DNA from: an uncultured cyanobacterium
Lineage (GTDB): Bacteria > Cyanobacteriota > Cyanobacteriia > Cyanobacteriales > Cyanobacteriaceae
Direction: 5' to 3'
Length of the DNA: 64,000 nucleotides
Assembly: GCA_963749915.1 (NCBI GenBank)
Contig: CAVVOP010000008.1
Span: forward strand, 640,001-704,000
Numbering within the stretch: the first letter of the stretch is position 1; each line of letters starts with the position of its first letter. Both the position numbers and the translations under genes were made by a program. Under the pieces are notes generated by a model. That model saw nothing but the letters and a program-made list of their open reading frames with translations. It was not told the origin of the DNA and ran no database searches. Of the stretch, positions 32,959-45,079 are shown piece by piece.

Positions 32959-33699
32959 ATGAAAAAAGACAAGTCAATTAAATACTACCAAGAAAAAAGA
33001 AAAGCGTATAAAAAGAAGAAATCTCATCGATTCTATAAAAAATTGATAAATTTACTTCTAATGATTACTCTTAGTTTTTTAGGTGGTTTTATGGTTGCAC
33101 AAGGGCAAAAATTTGAGCCTTATCAAAACAAGCCTAAACAAGATTCAGAAGAAGAGGTTCTTGAGAGCAAGAATACTAATCTAGTAGTATCTCCTCAAGA
33201 AGAAGTGGTTGAATCAAATCCTGAAAAATTAGATCAAGACGTTAAGGTTATAGGCATTGAAAAAAATAGTCCTGAATTTCGGCAGAAGGTAGCCGACATT
33301 GCTGCTCGCCTCGAAACTCAACCTATTTTCCTCATGGCAGTAATGAGTTTCGAAACAGCAGGCACTTTCAGTCCCTCAATTCCAAATTTTGCACGAAGTG
33401 GTGCCACTGGATTAATTCAATTTATGCCTGAGACGGCTAGAAATTTGGGCACTAGCACCGAATCTTTAGCAAAAATGACTGCTTTAGAACAATTAGACTT
33501 CGTAGAGAAATATTTCTTGCCCTATAAAGGCAGACTTAACACTTTGGAAGATGTCTATATGGCTGTTCTCTATCCCAAGGCGATTGGTAAGGCTGATGAA
33601 TACGTTCTCTTTAAAAATCCTTCTATTGACTATAGGCAAAATAGTGGATTAGATCTTAATAAAGATGGGTTAATTCGGGTTAATGAAGTAACTAAGTAA
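32959..33699 (+). CDS. Membrane-anchored lytic transglycosylase-like (lysozyme-fold) protein
   Basis: Basic N-terminus plus TM helix; AVMSFET (catalytic Glu), ATGLIQFMPETA (SLT motif II-like), EQLDFV, YxQNxGLD. Confidence 0.72.
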   Translation: MKKDKSIKYYQEKRKAYKKKKSHRFYKKLINLLLMITLSFLGGFMVAQGQKFEPYQNKPKQDSEEEVLESKNTNLVVSPQEEVVESNPEKLDQDVKVIGIEKNSPEFRQKVADIAARLETQPIFLMAVMSFETAGTFSPSIPNFARSGATGLIQFMPETARNLGTSTESLAKMTALEQLDFVEKYFLPYKGRLNTLEDVYMAVLYPKAIGKADEYVLFKNPSIDYRQNSGLDLNKDGLIRVNEVTK

Positions 33700-33782
33700 C
33701 TTAAAACAATTTAATGTATCGAAATCTTCAAGGGGAGAATAGAGGTTTCAGGTGTCATGAGAGTCACCCAACCAAGATGAAT

Positions 33783-33828
33783 TCACCCTAGATTTAGCTT
33801 CTTCGGGCAGAAGCTAAATCTAGGGTGA
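33783..33828. terminator. Perfect 20-bp stem-loop between convergent genes (terminator or REP-like element)
   Basis: TCACCCTAGATTTAGCTTCT-tcgggc-AGAAGCTAAATCTAGGGTGA. Confidence 0.55.
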
Positions 33829-33947
33829 GGGAAAAGTCAAAAGGAGGCAGGATATGGGAGACTGCCTCCTGCCTTGCTCGAGGATCTGTGTAGTATCTTA
33901 GCCAGATATCTGTTCTATTGCCTGTTACCTTTTTTTATTGCTCATTT

Positions 33948-36900
33948 TTAAAAATAATCCTGTAAAGCCTTGACCTGTAGAGGTTCTGACTGAAGCGATC
34001 GAATTGCTTCCACTGTCGCCTTGGCACCAGCGATGGTGGTAATAATCGGTAACTTATAGTCTAAAGCCGATCGACGAATTTTACGCCCGTCAGTTTGGGA
34101 TTCTTCCTCACTGCTGGGGGTGTTGATGATAAATTGAATTTGGTTATTTTTTATGGCATCAACCACATGGGGTCGTCCTTGGTGTAATTTTAAGACTAAT
34201 TCTACATTTTTCACTCCGTGTTCGTTCAGCACTTTTTTCGTCCCTTCTGTGGCTGCGATCTTAAATCCTAACCCCACCAAGTCTTTGGCTACAGGGACGA
34301 TCGCCTTTTTATCTCTGTTATTCATGGAAATAAACACCGTACCAGAAGTATGCACAATTACTCCTGCACCTATCTCAGCTTTAGCGAAGGCTTTACCAAA
34401 ATCACTGTCTATACCCATAACTTCTCCTGTGCTACGCATTTCAGGACCAAGTAAGGTATCTGTACCAGCAAATTTATTAAAAGGTAAGACAGCCTCTTTA
34501 ACGGCGACGTGTTTCGGGATAATTTCCTCTGTAGCTCCTAATTCCTCTAAGGTTTTACCTGACATCACTAAAGAAGCTATTTTTGCCAGTGGTCTTCCTA
34601 TGGCTTTAGAGACGAAAGGAACAGTACGAGATGCACGGGGATTGGCTTCTAAGATATAAGCGGTATCTCCTTGTACCGCGTATTGGATGTTCATTAAACC
34701 CACTACTTTTAAAGATTGAGCTAATTTTTCCGTCCAGGTGCGTAAGGTGAGTAAAATGTTATCAGAAAGAGTAATATAGGGAATTGAACAAGCAGAATCC
34801 CCGGAGTGTACTCCTGCTTCTTCGATGTGTTCCATAATGCCGCCGATTACCACTTTTCCTGTCATGTCACAGATAGCGTCAACATCAACCTCAATGGCAT
34901 TTTCAAGGAATTTGTCGATTAAGATGGGGTGATCGGGTTCAATATCCACAGCATATCTCATATACTGTTCTAGTTCAGCATCGTTATAGACAATACGCAT
35001 ACCACGCCCACCAAGAACATAGGAAGGACGCACCACTACAGGATAACCAATTTTGTTAGAAACTATCCTGGATTCTTGAAAACTCCTAGCGATACCATTG
35101 GGAGGTTGTTTGATATCTAAATCGTATAAAATCGCTTCGAATTTTTCTCTATCTTCCGCAATATCAATGGAGTCGGGAGACGTTCCCCAAATTTTAGTAC
35201 TAACGATTACATTAGGATCAGCGAGATAGTTTTTCAAGGGGACAGCTAATTTAAGGGGTGTTTGTCCTCCAAATTGGATAATTATGCCTTCGGGGTTTTC
35301 CGCTTCGATGATGTTTAATACGTCTTCTTTGGTTAAGGGTTCAAAGTAAAGGCGATCGCTGGTATCATAATCCGTAGATACGGTTTCGGGATTAGAGTTA
35401 ACCATGATAGTTTGAAAACCTGCATCTTGCAGAGAGAAAGAGGCATGACAACAACAATAGTCAAATTCTATACCTTGTCCGATACGGTTGGGTCCTCCGC
35501 CTAAAATCATTACTTTCCTTTTATCGCTGGGGATACTTTCATTTTCCCCTGCTTCGTAGGTCGAGTAATAATAAGGGGTAAAGGCTTCAAATTCGGCGGC
35601 ACAAGTATCAACTAATTTATAGATGGGTAATATTTTTAAGGATTTTCGGTAAGTTCTGACTTCATCCTCTGTAGTTTTGGTCGCAAAGGCAATTTGGCGA
35701 TCGCTAAAACCATGTTGTTTAATCAAACGCATTTCTGGTGCACTAATCTGTTTTAAAGCAGTGCGTCTCATAAACTTCTCAATTTCCAAGATTTCCCGCA
35801 TTTTATCCAAAAACCAAGGATCGATGGCCGTTAATTCGTAAATTTGGTCAACACTCATACCTAATCTCAAGGCATGATAAATGCTAAAAATTCTTTCGGG
35901 GGTGGGAGTGCGTAATTGAGAGCTAATTTGGGATAACGTGGGTAAAGTCTCGTTACGATCGCAACCAAAGCCAAAACGTCCAGTTTCAAGAGATCTTAAG
36001 GCTTTTTGGAAAGATTCGGCAAAAGTACGCCCGATAGCCATTGCTTCCCCTACAGACTTCATTTGCGTAGTTAATACAGGGGATGATCCAGGGAACTTTT
36101 CAAAGGCAAAACGGGGTATCTTAGTTACAACATAGTCGATAGTAGGCTCAAAAGAGGCAGGAGTTTTCTGAGTAATATCGTTAGAAATCTCATCCAAAGA
36201 GTACCCCACAGCTAACTTAGCCGCAAATTTGGCGATGGGAAAACCAGTAGCCTTAGAAGCCAAGGCGGAAGATCGAGATACACGAGGATTCATTTCAATT
36301 ACAATTACGTCTCCATTAACAGGATTAACGGAAAACTGAATATTAGATCCACCAGTTTCCACCCCGATCTCCCGAATAATAGCCTTAGAATAATCCCTTA
36401 GCCGTTGATATTCTTTATCTGTAAGGGTTTGAGCCGGGGCAACGGTAATAGAATCTCCCGTGTGTACCCCCATAGGATCGATATTTTCAATGGAACAGAT
36501 AATAACCACATTATCCGCCATATCTCGCATAACCTCCAACTCATATTCCTTCCAACCGATGAGGGATTTTTCTACCAGAATTTGGGACATGGGAGAAGCG
36601 TCAATGCCAAATTTCGCCATATCCTCATATTCTTCCTGGTTGTAGGCAATACCCCCCCCAGTCCCACCCATAGTAAAGGCGGGACGTATAATCAGAGGAT
36701 AGGAACCGATTTCCTCAGCCACAGCTTTAGCCTCATCCCAGTTATTGGCAATACCGGAAGGGCACACGGGGACACCAATTCTCGCCATCGCTTCCTTAAA
36801 TAACTCCCTATCTTCCGCCATTCTAATGGCAGGTAATTTAGCACCAATTAACTCGACACCATATTTATTCAATACTCCCGACTCGGCTAGGGATACCGCA

Positions 36901-37193
36901 GTGTTAAGGGCAGTTTGTCCTCCCATTGTTGGTAAAAGTGCGTCAGGTCTTTCCTTAGCGATGACTTTCTCAACTATTTCGGGGGTAATAGGTTCAATAT
37001 AGGTACGCTCTGCCGTCCCAGGATCGGTCATAATGGTAGCAGGGTTAGAGTTAACCAAAACTACTTGATAGCCTTCTTCTCGTAGTGCTTTACAGGCTTG
37101 AGTCCCAGAATAGTCAAATTCACAGGCTTGTCCAATAATAATGGGACCTGAACCTAAAATAAGTATTTTGTTGATATCGTCACGACGTGGCAT
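33948..37193 (-). CDS. carB: Carbamoyl-phosphate synthase large subunit
   Basis: [17 protein letters not shown], duplicated ATP-grasp halves, MGS domain. Confidence 0.97.
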   Translation of the reverse strand: MPRRDDINKILILGSGPIIIGQACEFDYSGTQACKALREEGYQVVLVNSNPATIMTDPGTAERTYIEPITPEIVEKVIAKERPDALLPTMGGQTALNTAVSLAESGVLNKYGVELIGAKLPAIRMAEDRELFKEAMARIGVPVCPSGIANNWDEAKAVAEEIGSYPLIIRPAFTMGGTGGGIAYNQEEYEDMAKFGIDASPMSQILVEKSLIGWKEYELEVMRDMADNVVIICSIENIDPMGVHTGDSITVAPAQTLTDKEYQRLRDYSKAIIREIGVETGGSNIQFSVNPVNGDVIVIEMNPRVSRSSALASKATGFPIAKFAAKLAVGYSLDEISNDITQKTPASFEPTIDYVVTKIPRFAFEKFPGSSPVLTTQMKSVGEAMAIGRTFAESFQKALRSLETGRFGFGCDRNETLPTLSQISSQLRTPTPERIFSIYHALRLGMSVDQIYELTAIDPWFLDKMREILEIEKFMRRTALKQISAPEMRLIKQHGFSDRQIAFATKTTEDEVRTYRKSLKILPIYKLVDTCAAEFEAFTPYYYSTYEAGENESIPSDKRKVMILGGGPNRIGQGIEFDYCCCHASFSLQDAGFQTIMVNSNPETVSTDYDTSDRLYFEPLTKEDVLNIIEAENPEGIIIQFGGQTPLKLAVPLKNYLADPNVIVSTKIWGTSPDSIDIAEDREKFEAILYDLDIKQPPNGIARSFQESRIVSNKIGYPVVVRPSYVLGGRGMRIVYNDAELEQYMRYAVDIEPDHPILIDKFLENAIEVDVDAICDMTGKVVIGGIMEHIEEAGVHSGDSACSIPYITLSDNILLTLRTWTEKLAQSLKVVGLMNIQYAVQGDTAYILEANPRASRTVPFVSKAIGRPLAKIASLVMSGKTLEELGATEEIIPKHVAVKEAVLPFNKFAGTDTLLGPEMRSTGEVMGIDSDFGKAFAKAEIGAGVIVHTSGTVFISMNNRDKKAIVPVAKDLVGLGFKIAATEGTKKVLNEHGVKNVELVLKLHQGRPHVVDAIKNNQIQFIINTPSSEEESQTDGRKIRRSALDYKLPIITTIAGAKATVEAIRSLQSEPLQVKALQDYF

Positions 37194-37555
37194 AGATTTA
37201 TCGCTTTAAGTTTAGAGTGTACATCGATCAAACCTGAGTTCGGAGTTCGGGGTTCGAAAGTTAGATATATGGGAGTCAGAAATCAGAATTAAAACCTTGA
37301 TTACAAAAAAGATATAGATTATTAGAATCTTCTGATAATTATAACTGCCGCTATAATCAACACTTGTCCCTATAATTTTTAATTCTTGAGGTCCCAAACT
37401 TAGGTGATCGTGATTATTGTAATCTAATCAGTAAATAAATTCTGCATTGGTTTATCTAGTTTTGTTGACACTTATTATTTTTCACTTATTACCACTTATT
37501 ATTCTCATTAGTACTTAAGGGATTATAATATAAGCTATTTAACCCTATTAATCGG

Positions 37556-38989
37556 ATGACAAAACCTCTATTTTGTATTTGGAACAAGGAATCAGTTACT
37601 CTGATGGAAAGTAACCGAACCTTAGCCATTGAGAATCTAAATTTAATATCAGAGAAAATCATTCCCATTTTTGATGAAGCGACCCAAACCGCAGCTCATT
37701 GTTTAAATATACCTGTGTGTTGTTTAGGAATTTTACTAGAGAAAGAATATAAACTTAAATCTGCCTATGGTTTATCTAATTTGGGGTTGATGAATGATTT
37801 GGCAAAAACAAGAAAAATCGACCGCCAAAATGCTTTTGCAACCCATGTCATTGATAGTGGTAACTCTTTACTCATCGACAACACTTTAAGTGATCCTTTT
37901 TTTGGGCAAAGTCTTCTCACTCAACACTATGGCATCATCTCCTATTTAGGTGTGCCCTTAACCATCTCCAGTGGCATCTGTATCGGTTGTTTAGAAGTGA
38001 TTGATACAAAACCTCGACAATTTACCCCTACGGATATTAATTTTCTCATGATCACTGCTCGTTGGTGTATAGCAGAATACGAACGCAACGAATTAACCAC
38101 TAAAAAAGAGATAAATTCTGAGTCCAATAAAAATGATCAGGATATTAACCAAAATAGGTTAACAGTTGATTTTAAAGATACAACCTCTTCTACTTCCATT
38201 ATCAAAGATCAAAAAAATAAATATAATAATTCTGAGCAATATATCCGACAATTAAGTTTTCAACTGTTGAATAAATTAGCCCATAAGCTATCTATTCCTT
38301 TAACTTCGGTCATTGGAATGTCCAGTGTTCTCAAACAGGAAATTTACGGAAAACTTAACCCCAAACAACTAGAATATTTAGAAATTATCCACGATAGCGG
38401 TCAGGAAATGACTACTTTAATCAATGAAATTACTAAATTAGCTAGTATTAAAACCGAAGTTAACCTCGAATTTGTACCTGTAGATTTAGAAAATTTAGCC
38501 ACGCAAGTCATTAAAAATTTAGAAACCGTTGCTCGTAATCGTGAACATACTTTAAGATTATCTATTGAACCTGGCGAAAAAGTTTGGAATTTAGATCGAG
38601 AAAAAGTCAAAAAAACTTTATATTATCTTCTTATTACTATTATTGAAGGTTCAAGGGCAGGGGGAGAAATACAAATACACATATCTCACCGATTCCAAAG
38701 GCTCAAAATTAATTGTTGGGTAAATCATCCTTGGTTGGGGGATGGAATTTCTTTCGAGAAAATTAGTAGTTATGAGCAGGCTTTGAAAAGTAATACTAAA
38801 CTTGCTCAAATCTTAGAAGATAATGAGGGCATAGACCCCAATTTAGCTATTCAAAATTACTATGATTATGATTTAATTTGCTTATTATTTAGTGCTTATT
38901 TAGCACATCTTCAGAAGGGTAGTATCTCTTTGCACGGTTCAGCCGAATCCACCTATCGTTTTGTGATTTTTATCCCTCTTCCCCACTAA
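37556..38989 (+). CDS. GAF domain sensor histidine kinase-like protein with a degenerate ATPase domain
   Basis: GAF (YLGVPL...IGCLEVIDTKPRQF), H-box-like LAHKLSIPLTSVIGM, poorly conserved N/G boxes. Confidence 0.78.
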   Translation: MTKPLFCIWNKESVTLMESNRTLAIENLNLISEKIIPIFDEATQTAAHCLNIPVCCLGILLEKEYKLKSAYGLSNLGLMNDLAKTRKIDRQNAFATHVIDSGNSLLIDNTLSDPFFGQSLLTQHYGIISYLGVPLTISSGICIGCLEVIDTKPRQFTPTDINFLMITARWCIAEYERNELTTKKEINSESNKNDQDINQNRLTVDFKDTTSSTSIIKDQKNKYNNSEQYIRQLSFQLLNKLAHKLSIPLTSVIGMSSVLKQEIYGKLNPKQLEYLEIIHDSGQEMTTLINEITKLASIKTEVNLEFVPVDLENLATQVIKNLETVARNREHTLRLSIEPGEKVWNLDREKVKKTLYYLLITIIEGSRAGGEIQIHISHRFQRLKINCWVNHPWLGDGISFEKISSYEQALKSNTKLAQILEDNEGIDPNLAIQNYYDYDLICLLFSAYLAHLQKGSISLHGSAESTYRFVIFIPLPH

Positions 38990-39031
38990 AATTAATGGTA
39001 GTGAACAAGTAATTTATTTAAGTCCTGTTTG

Positions 39032-39805
39032 TTAAACTTCTTCAGCACTGACTAAACTTTTCATTTTTGTAATACCTTTTTTGACCCGTCGGGAAACAGT
39101 AATCACACTAATGCCCAATTTTTCTGCGGTTTCTTTTTGGGTTAAATCTTGTAGGAAAACAAATTCTAGTACTTTACGGGTACCTTCTTCTAGTTGACAT
39201 AAAGCATTATTTAATCTTATTTTATCTTCTTGTACTAGCTGAAAACTATGATATTGATTGTCTGGTAAACAATCTACTAGACTATTTTGATCCTCTTCTG
39301 GGTTGGCGGTAGCGTCTAGGCTGATGGGTTCTCTATTTTGATGTGCTAATTTTACCTCATTCCATTCTACTAATGATACCCCTAATTCTCTGGCAATTTC
39401 TGTATCGGTGGGTTGACGATTAAGTTTGTTTCTTAAATTTGTGACAATACGGTTGGATTTGTTTTTCAATTCTAAACAACGACGGGGAATACGAATTGAA
39501 TCACTTTTATCTCTCAAATAGTGTTGAATTTCACCTTTAATATAAGAGATGGCGAAAGAACTAAAAGCAAAACCTTTTTCCGGATCAAATCTTTCAATGG
39601 AACGAATTAAGCCCATACATCCCACCTGTAATAAATCATCATAGTTTTCTTGACACTGATGGATCCAGTGAGATACTTCTTTTCTGACTAGGCCTAAGTT
39701 TAGTTCCAAAATTTGATTGCGGATTTTGAGATCCTGATTTTGCCGATAAAGAACGAATAACCTCTTATTTTCAGCTTTATATTCGGAAGCAGTTTTGTTG
39801 GACAT
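39032..39805 (-). CDS. sigF: RNA polymerase sigma factor SigF (group 3)
   Basis: NLGLVRK, YDDLLQVG, FDPEKGFAFSSFA, GEIQHYLRDK, region 4 LTQKETAEKLGIS. Confidence 0.88.
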   Translation of the reverse strand: MSNKTASEYKAENKRLFVLYRQNQDLKIRNQILELNLGLVRKEVSHWIHQCQENYDDLLQVGCMGLIRSIERFDPEKGFAFSSFAISYIKGEIQHYLRDKSDSIRIPRRCLELKNKSNRIVTNLRNKLNRQPTDTEIARELGVSLVEWNEVKLAHQNREPISLDATANPEEDQNSLVDCLPDNQYHSFQLVQEDKIRLNNALCQLEEGTRKVLEFVFLQDLTQKETAEKLGISVITVSRRVKKGITKMKSLVSAEEV

Positions 39806-40111
39806 AATATTAGATTCCTATTTGACTACTAATAAGACCGATTAATTTTATTAAACTATTCCTTTAAGAAATATTGATTTTTCATAAAGTTTTCGTTTTC
39901 TATACTTCCCTATTCTATTTGACGAATTAAGAGGAAAACAACGGGATATTTACGGTATTTTTATGTTTATTTTCTGATAATTTCCTTATTTATACGTAAC
40001 TCCTAAGTATGGAAAAAACCTCTCGTAGGTAGATAAAATCATTGATAGATTTACTACTTAGTTATATTTTCTGTTGTGTTCTGTCCCTTGTCTAACTACT
40101 TGATTAATTTA

Positions 40112-40564
40112 TTAGCTGATTACAAACCTCGCTCTCCCCGATGGCGATTTTTCTAGTTCTTTTTCCAAGTTTTCCAAGTCTTCAGCGAATAACTCTCCAT
40201 TTGCCTGATGATTAAATCCAAAGGCAAAAGATTTTTCCGAATAACGACGAAAGTACTCCCGATAGGCAGTGACAGCTTGCTGTAATTCCCTGACTAAAAA
40301 AAATTCCCCCCTCAAACCCAGTTCTCTTTCAACATTTTCTTCAAATTCTTCCCAATCATCGCCTTCTGGTTCTCCACCGAACTCTTCTTCAATGATTTCC
40401 GTTAACTCCTCTTCGTTACTAGTCATGGGTACGGCGAGGAAATTTACCGTCTCCAACGAATCTTTTAAGGACTCAAAAAGTTCAAAACTCTTTGAGAGTA
40501 AATTGCTTTCATATTCACTTGGGGGGTTATTTTGGTAAAATCGAATTCTCAGTTGTTGTGACAT
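40112..40564 (-). CDS. Hypothetical acidic protein
   Basis: 150-aa Glu-rich ORF with ATG start and a GGAG upstream; no recognised motif. Confidence 0.55.
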   Translation of the reverse strand: MSQQLRIRFYQNNPPSEYESNLLSKSFELFESLKDSLETVNFLAVPMTSNEEELTEIIEEEFGGEPEGDDWEEFEENVERELGLRGEFFLVRELQQAVTAYREYFRRYSEKSFAFGFNHQANGELFAEDLENLEKELEKSPSGRARFVIS

Positions 40565-40692
40565 TAATCAACTCCATTGACAAAGTTATGGGTAACGAAG
40601 TGAGTATATTTTCCCGTTCATGCTAACTCATTGATGACATTTTGTTGAAAAAGACTAATAATTGATCACAGATAACCAATAAATTAGATAAG

Positions 40693-43323
40693 ATGCAGCC
40701 AACTGACCCAAATAAGTTCACTGAAATTGCCTGGGATGCTATTGTGCGATCCCAGGAGATTTGTCGTAATTTAAAAAATCAAAATTTAGAAGTAGAACAT
40801 CTAATTCTAGCTTTGTTAGAAGAAAATACCATCGCCACAAAAATTTTCAGCCAAGCTAACATTGATTTAACTAGGTTAGATAAACAGTTACAGACATTTG
40901 CCGCCCGTCAACCGAGAATGTTTAGTGTCGAACAGTTATACTTGGGGCGCAGTTTGGATTTAATGTTGGATAGGGCCGAAAATTGTCGAGAAAGTTGGCA
41001 AGATGAGTTTGTTGGCATATCTCATTTATTAGTTGCCTTTGCCGAAGATCAAAGAATTGGCAAGAAAACCTTGCGTAGTTTTAACCTCGATCCTCAAGAC
41101 TTCGAGATCAAAGTCAAAGATTTTAAGATGTTGATCGAGAAAACCGAAGCTGAATCCACAGAAACCTCAGAAAGCACTGAAAAAGAGCCTCCTTTAATAA
41201 AATTTGGTCGAGATTTAACGGAAGAAGCCAAAGCTGGGAAATTAGATCCCGTTATCGGGAGGGATGATGAAGTTAGACGTGTTATTCAAGTATTGTCAAG
41301 GCGTTCTAAAAATAATCCCGTCTTAATTGGTGAACCCGGGGTAGGTAAAACTGCCATCGCAGAAGGATTAGCCCAAAGAATCGTTAACGGAGATGTGCCA
41401 GAATCATTGAAAAACCGTCAGTTAATTTCCCTTGATATGGGGAGTTTAATCGCTGGGGCAAAATATCGAGGACAATTTGAGGAAAGATTGCGATCGGTCT
41501 TAAAAGAAGTGATCAACTCTGATGGGCAAATAATTCTATTTATTGATGAACTACATACAGTTGTCGGTGCCGGTTCGAGGGAAGGGGGGGCAATGGATGC
41601 CGGAAACTTGCTCAAGCCTTTATTAGCGAGGGGAGAATTACGTTGTATCGGTGCTAGTACCCTTGATGAATACCGTAAACATATCGAAAAGGATCCTGCC
41701 TTAGAAAGACGTTTTCAACAGGTGTATATTAAACAGCCTAGCGTCGAGGATACCATTTCTATTCTACGGGGATTAAAAGAACGTTATGAGGTGCATCATG
41801 GGGTAAAAATCACCGATTCAGCTTTAATTGCGGCGGCTACTCTTTCTCATCGTTATATTACGGGGCGTTTTCTTCCTGACAAAGCCATTGATTTAGTAGA
41901 TGAGGCAGCGGCTAAGTTGAAAATGGAGATCACCTCTAAACCCGTTGAATTAGAAGTCCTCGATCGCCGTTTGATGCAACTACAAATGGAACAATTATCT
42001 CTGCAAGGAGAGGAAAAAAATGATAAATCTGCCCAAGAAAATTTAGAACGCATCACCGCAGAAATTGATGATTTGCAGATAAAACAACGAGAATTATCCT
42101 CTCAGTGGCTAATAGAGAAGGAATTGCTTGATGAAATTCACGAGTTGAAAGAGGAAGAAAAAGAGCTAAGATTACAAGTCGAACAGGCAGAAAGAGCTTA
42201 TGATTTAAACACCGCCGCCCAATTAAAATATGGCAAATTAGAGACTCTACAGCATGATATTGAGGGTAAAGAAGCAAAATTACTCGAAATTCAATCACAG
42301 GAAAACGCTATGCTTAGGGAAGATGTCACCGACGCGGATATAGCGGAAATAGTAGCAGGATGGACTGGTATTCCTGTTAACCGACTGTTAGAAACAGAGC
42401 GTCAAAAATTACTGGAACTAGAGACCCATTTACATGAGCGAGTCATCGGGCAAACTGAAGCCGTAGCCATTGTTTCTGCTGCCATAAGAAGGGCTAGGGC
42501 TGGCATGAAAGATCCCGGTCGTCCCATCGGTTCATTCCTGTTTATGGGACCTACAGGGGTCGGAAAAACTGAATTAGCAAGGGCATTGGCGGCTTTTTTG
42601 TTCGACTCGGAAGAGGCAATGGTCAGAATAGATATGTCCGAGTACATGGAAAAACACGCAGTGTCAAGGTTAATTGGTGCACCTCCGGGGTATATCGGTT
42701 ACGAAGAAGGAGGGCAATTATCGGAAGCTATACGCCGTCGTCCTTATTCAGTGGTATTGTTAGATGAAGTGGAAAAAGCCCATCGAGATGTATTCAATCT
42801 CCTTCTGCAAGTGTTAGATGATGGCAGAATTACCGATAGTCAAGGGCGTGTTGTCGATTTTCGCAATACGATTATCGTCATGACTTCTAATATCGGCAGT
42901 GAGTATATTTTGAATTTAGCTGGGGATGATAAAAATTACGAACAGATGCGAGATAAAGTATTAGTTTCTTTACAAAAACATTTCCGTCCTGAATTCTTGA
43001 ACCGCATCGACGACTTAATCATCTTCCATGGCTTGAAAAAAGAAGAATTACGGGAGATTGTCAGTTTACAATTAATTAGACTACAAAAACTCTTAGCAGA
43101 GCAAAATATTACCATTGAATTAACCCCAGAGGCACAGGATTATATTGTCGATGTGGGTTACAACCCTACCTATGGTGCTCGTCCTTTAAAACGGGCAATA
43201 CAGAGGGAGTTGGAAAATCCTCTGGCCACAAAAATCCTAGAAACTACTTTCAGCGATGGGGATAAGGTGATGGTTAGTTTTGAAGACGATGGATTAGTGT
43301 TTAATAAAAGTTTGCATGACTAA
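40693..43323 (+). CDS. clpB: ATP-dependent chaperone ClpB
   Basis: Two AAA+ modules ([16 protein letters not shown]), coiled-coil middle domain, GARPLKR. Confidence 0.95.
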   Translation: MQPTDPNKFTEIAWDAIVRSQEICRNLKNQNLEVEHLILALLEENTIATKIFSQANIDLTRLDKQLQTFAARQPRMFSVEQLYLGRSLDLMLDRAENCRESWQDEFVGISHLLVAFAEDQRIGKKTLRSFNLDPQDFEIKVKDFKMLIEKTEAESTETSESTEKEPPLIKFGRDLTEEAKAGKLDPVIGRDDEVRRVIQVLSRRSKNNPVLIGEPGVGKTAIAEGLAQRIVNGDVPESLKNRQLISLDMGSLIAGAKYRGQFEERLRSVLKEVINSDGQIILFIDELHTVVGAGSREGGAMDAGNLLKPLLARGELRCIGASTLDEYRKHIEKDPALERRFQQVYIKQPSVEDTISILRGLKERYEVHHGVKITDSALIAAATLSHRYITGRFLPDKAIDLVDEAAAKLKMEITSKPVELEVLDRRLMQLQMEQLSLQGEEKNDKSAQENLERITAEIDDLQIKQRELSSQWLIEKELLDEIHELKEEEKELRLQVEQAERAYDLNTAAQLKYGKLETLQHDIEGKEAKLLEIQSQENAMLREDVTDADIAEIVAGWTGIPVNRLLETERQKLLELETHLHERVIGQTEAVAIVSAAIRRARAGMKDPGRPIGSFLFMGPTGVGKTELARALAAFLFDSEEAMVRIDMSEYMEKHAVSRLIGAPPGYIGYEEGGQLSEAIRRRPYSVVLLDEVEKAHRDVFNLLLQVLDDGRITDSQGRVVDFRNTIIVMTSNIGSEYILNLAGDDKNYEQMRDKVLVSLQKHFRPEFLNRIDDLIIFHGLKKEELREIVSLQLIRLQKLLAEQNITIELTPEAQDYIVDVGYNPTYGARPLKRAIQRELENPLATKILETTFSDGDKVMVSFEDDGLVFNKSLHD

Positions 43324-43330
43324 AGGTACA

Positions 43331-43736
43331 GTGACGACCCCCTCCTGACAAGGGTAGGTTTTTAACATTTGGGTGGAGACAAGACAAGGAAGACTGAAGA
43401 CAAGGAGACAAGGGAGATAGTACAAACGAAAAATGGTCTTTTCAGTCATTTGTGTAATATTTATAAACAAATATTTCTTAAAGAATTTCCCTCTCCCTTG
43501 TCCACTTTCCATCCTTGTCCACGCAAGTCTTCACCCTCACCAGAATGCCATTGTAAAAAACCTACCCCTGTGAGACGACCCCCTCCCGCACCGCTGACAA
43601 GGGTAGGTTTTTAACATTTGGGTGGAGACAAGGATAGGGAAGAGGGGAAGAGAGGCTTGGATAATCCAAAATCCAAAATCCAAAATCCAAAATCCAAAAT
43701 TACCTAACCGAGAAATCTATTTTTGCAAGAGGTCTA
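43331..43736. repeat. Composite repeat: MITE-like unit, partial tandem second copy, (TCCAAAA)n tract and an inverted copy of the 18391 repeat
   Basis: 39-bp direct repeat CTGACAAGGGTAGGTTTTTAACATTTGGGTGGAGACAAG at 43345-43383 and 43594-43632; inverted end AAAAAACCTACCCCTGT at 43555-43571; TCCAAAA tandem at about 43664-43699. Confidence 0.75.
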
Positions 43737-43915
43737 ATAAAGTGGGGACAAGCTATAACTATTAGAGCCGATTCGCTTATCCAATACTCAGGTTATTTCT
43801 AATGCCAGATTGCTCAGGAAAAATTAGCTTTTTTGCTCCATTTTGAATAGTACAAATCAACACCTTGAAAAGGCTGCTGTTGAGTGATGGCTTTTTCTTC
43901 AATTTCTCAAAGGGA

Positions 43916-44938
43916 CTAACCACAATTACACATCGGTTCGTTCTCCTTCTGTTCCAGATAAATAGGCCAATGGAACCAAGCATAATAAGTATCACCACAC
44001 ACTTTTGCCCCCAGATACTGCTTCTCGATGGCCTCATCAGAAGAGACACCAAAACTGGCAGCAACTAAATCCACACAACTGGATAACCCAATTCCCTGTC
44101 CACCCCTAGTATAACCACCCTGAAACAGGTCCTGTAGTCTTTCCCCTAATGCCTCTTGTAACCAGGTCTTTTGTCTGTGTGTTACCTGATTTTCTACCAC
44201 CCAACGAGTAAATAAGTTGTTAATGGGAATCACCTTCAGGCGAACATGGTCTCCGGCAGAAAAACGAATAGCATTGTTGATGTAGTTATACAAAATGCGA
44301 TCAACCGCAGAGCTTTCTAGACAACGATTGGTGATATAACAATCCAAGTCTGTCTCGGCCAAGATATGGACGCACTTGGAACCAATCTCCATGGTCAGTT
44401 GATGCCACTTATCGATAAATTCATGGATGTTGTGTAACTTCAGGCTTTCATCGGCGGCTCGGATGGCCACATCTAAGTCCGGGAGTATATTGCGCATCAT
44501 CTTGGCATGATCACGAGCCAAGAAAACTGCTTTGCGGACTAAGTTATCATCTTCTGGTAACCGAGAAATCAGTTTGGCGTAACCCGTCAATGAGCTTAGG
44601 GCCCCTCCACGAAGATCGTGACAGGCTTTGCGTAATTGTGGTGGTGGATCGTCGAGATTGTAACTGGCAACTCCAATGGCTCTTGCCGCCATAATTAACT
44701 CTGAGCTACAAGTTTGTTGAAGATGAGTACGTAAAAGTTGATAATTGGGACTATCACCCATATACAACCAGAGATCGTAAATGCTTTTTAGGGATTGGTA
44801 AAGTCGGAGCACCAGTGAGACATCCTTGGGGGCCATGTCACTCAAGGAAACACTAAACCCGCTACCATCATAACGCTCTTGGCGATTGATTTTTAAGTCG
44901 GTGCCAGTCAAATTGAGGTAAATTTCTTGGTTGTTCAT
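43916..44938 (-). CDS. Cytoplasmic histidine kinase-like protein (HisKA plus HATPase), no recognisable sensor
   Basis: HDLRGG H-box, RILYNYINNAIRF N-box, GGQGIGL G2 box; G1 box replaced by VENQV. Confidence 0.72.
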   Translation of the reverse strand: MNNQEIYLNLTGTDLKINRQERYDGSGFSVSLSDMAPKDVSLVLRLYQSLKSIYDLWLYMGDSPNYQLLRTHLQQTCSSELIMAARAIGVASYNLDDPPPQLRKACHDLRGGALSSLTGYAKLISRLPEDDNLVRKAVFLARDHAKMMRNILPDLDVAIRAADESLKLHNIHEFIDKWHQLTMEIGSKCVHILAETDLDCYITNRCLESSAVDRILYNYINNAIRFSAGDHVRLKVIPINNLFTRWVVENQVTHRQKTWLQEALGERLQDLFQGGYTRGGQGIGLSSCVDLVAASFGVSSDEAIEKQYLGAKVCGDTYYAWFHWPIYLEQKENEPMCNCG

Positions 44939-45079
44939 GGAGTTACTTACTTACTTTACTACAGTTTATGACCCTTGTTTTGCGGGGAAAATCTTCTTTT
45001 TTTGAATTTTGAATTTTGAATTTCCCCGTCAAGGACTTATTACTATCAAGAAACACAATTATTTAGGGTGACTGAGCTA

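Noticed and set aside
43331..43736. Possible CRISPR array, and the 43294-43512 and 43369-43614 ORFs
   Set aside because: Only two direct repeats about 250 bp apart, no regular spacers and no cas genes. The ORFs are translations of repeat DNA.
43777..44068. Small ORFs overlapping the histidine kinase 3' end
   Set aside because: They largely overlap the kinase and have no recognisable features. A ~48-aa downstream peptide cannot be supported.
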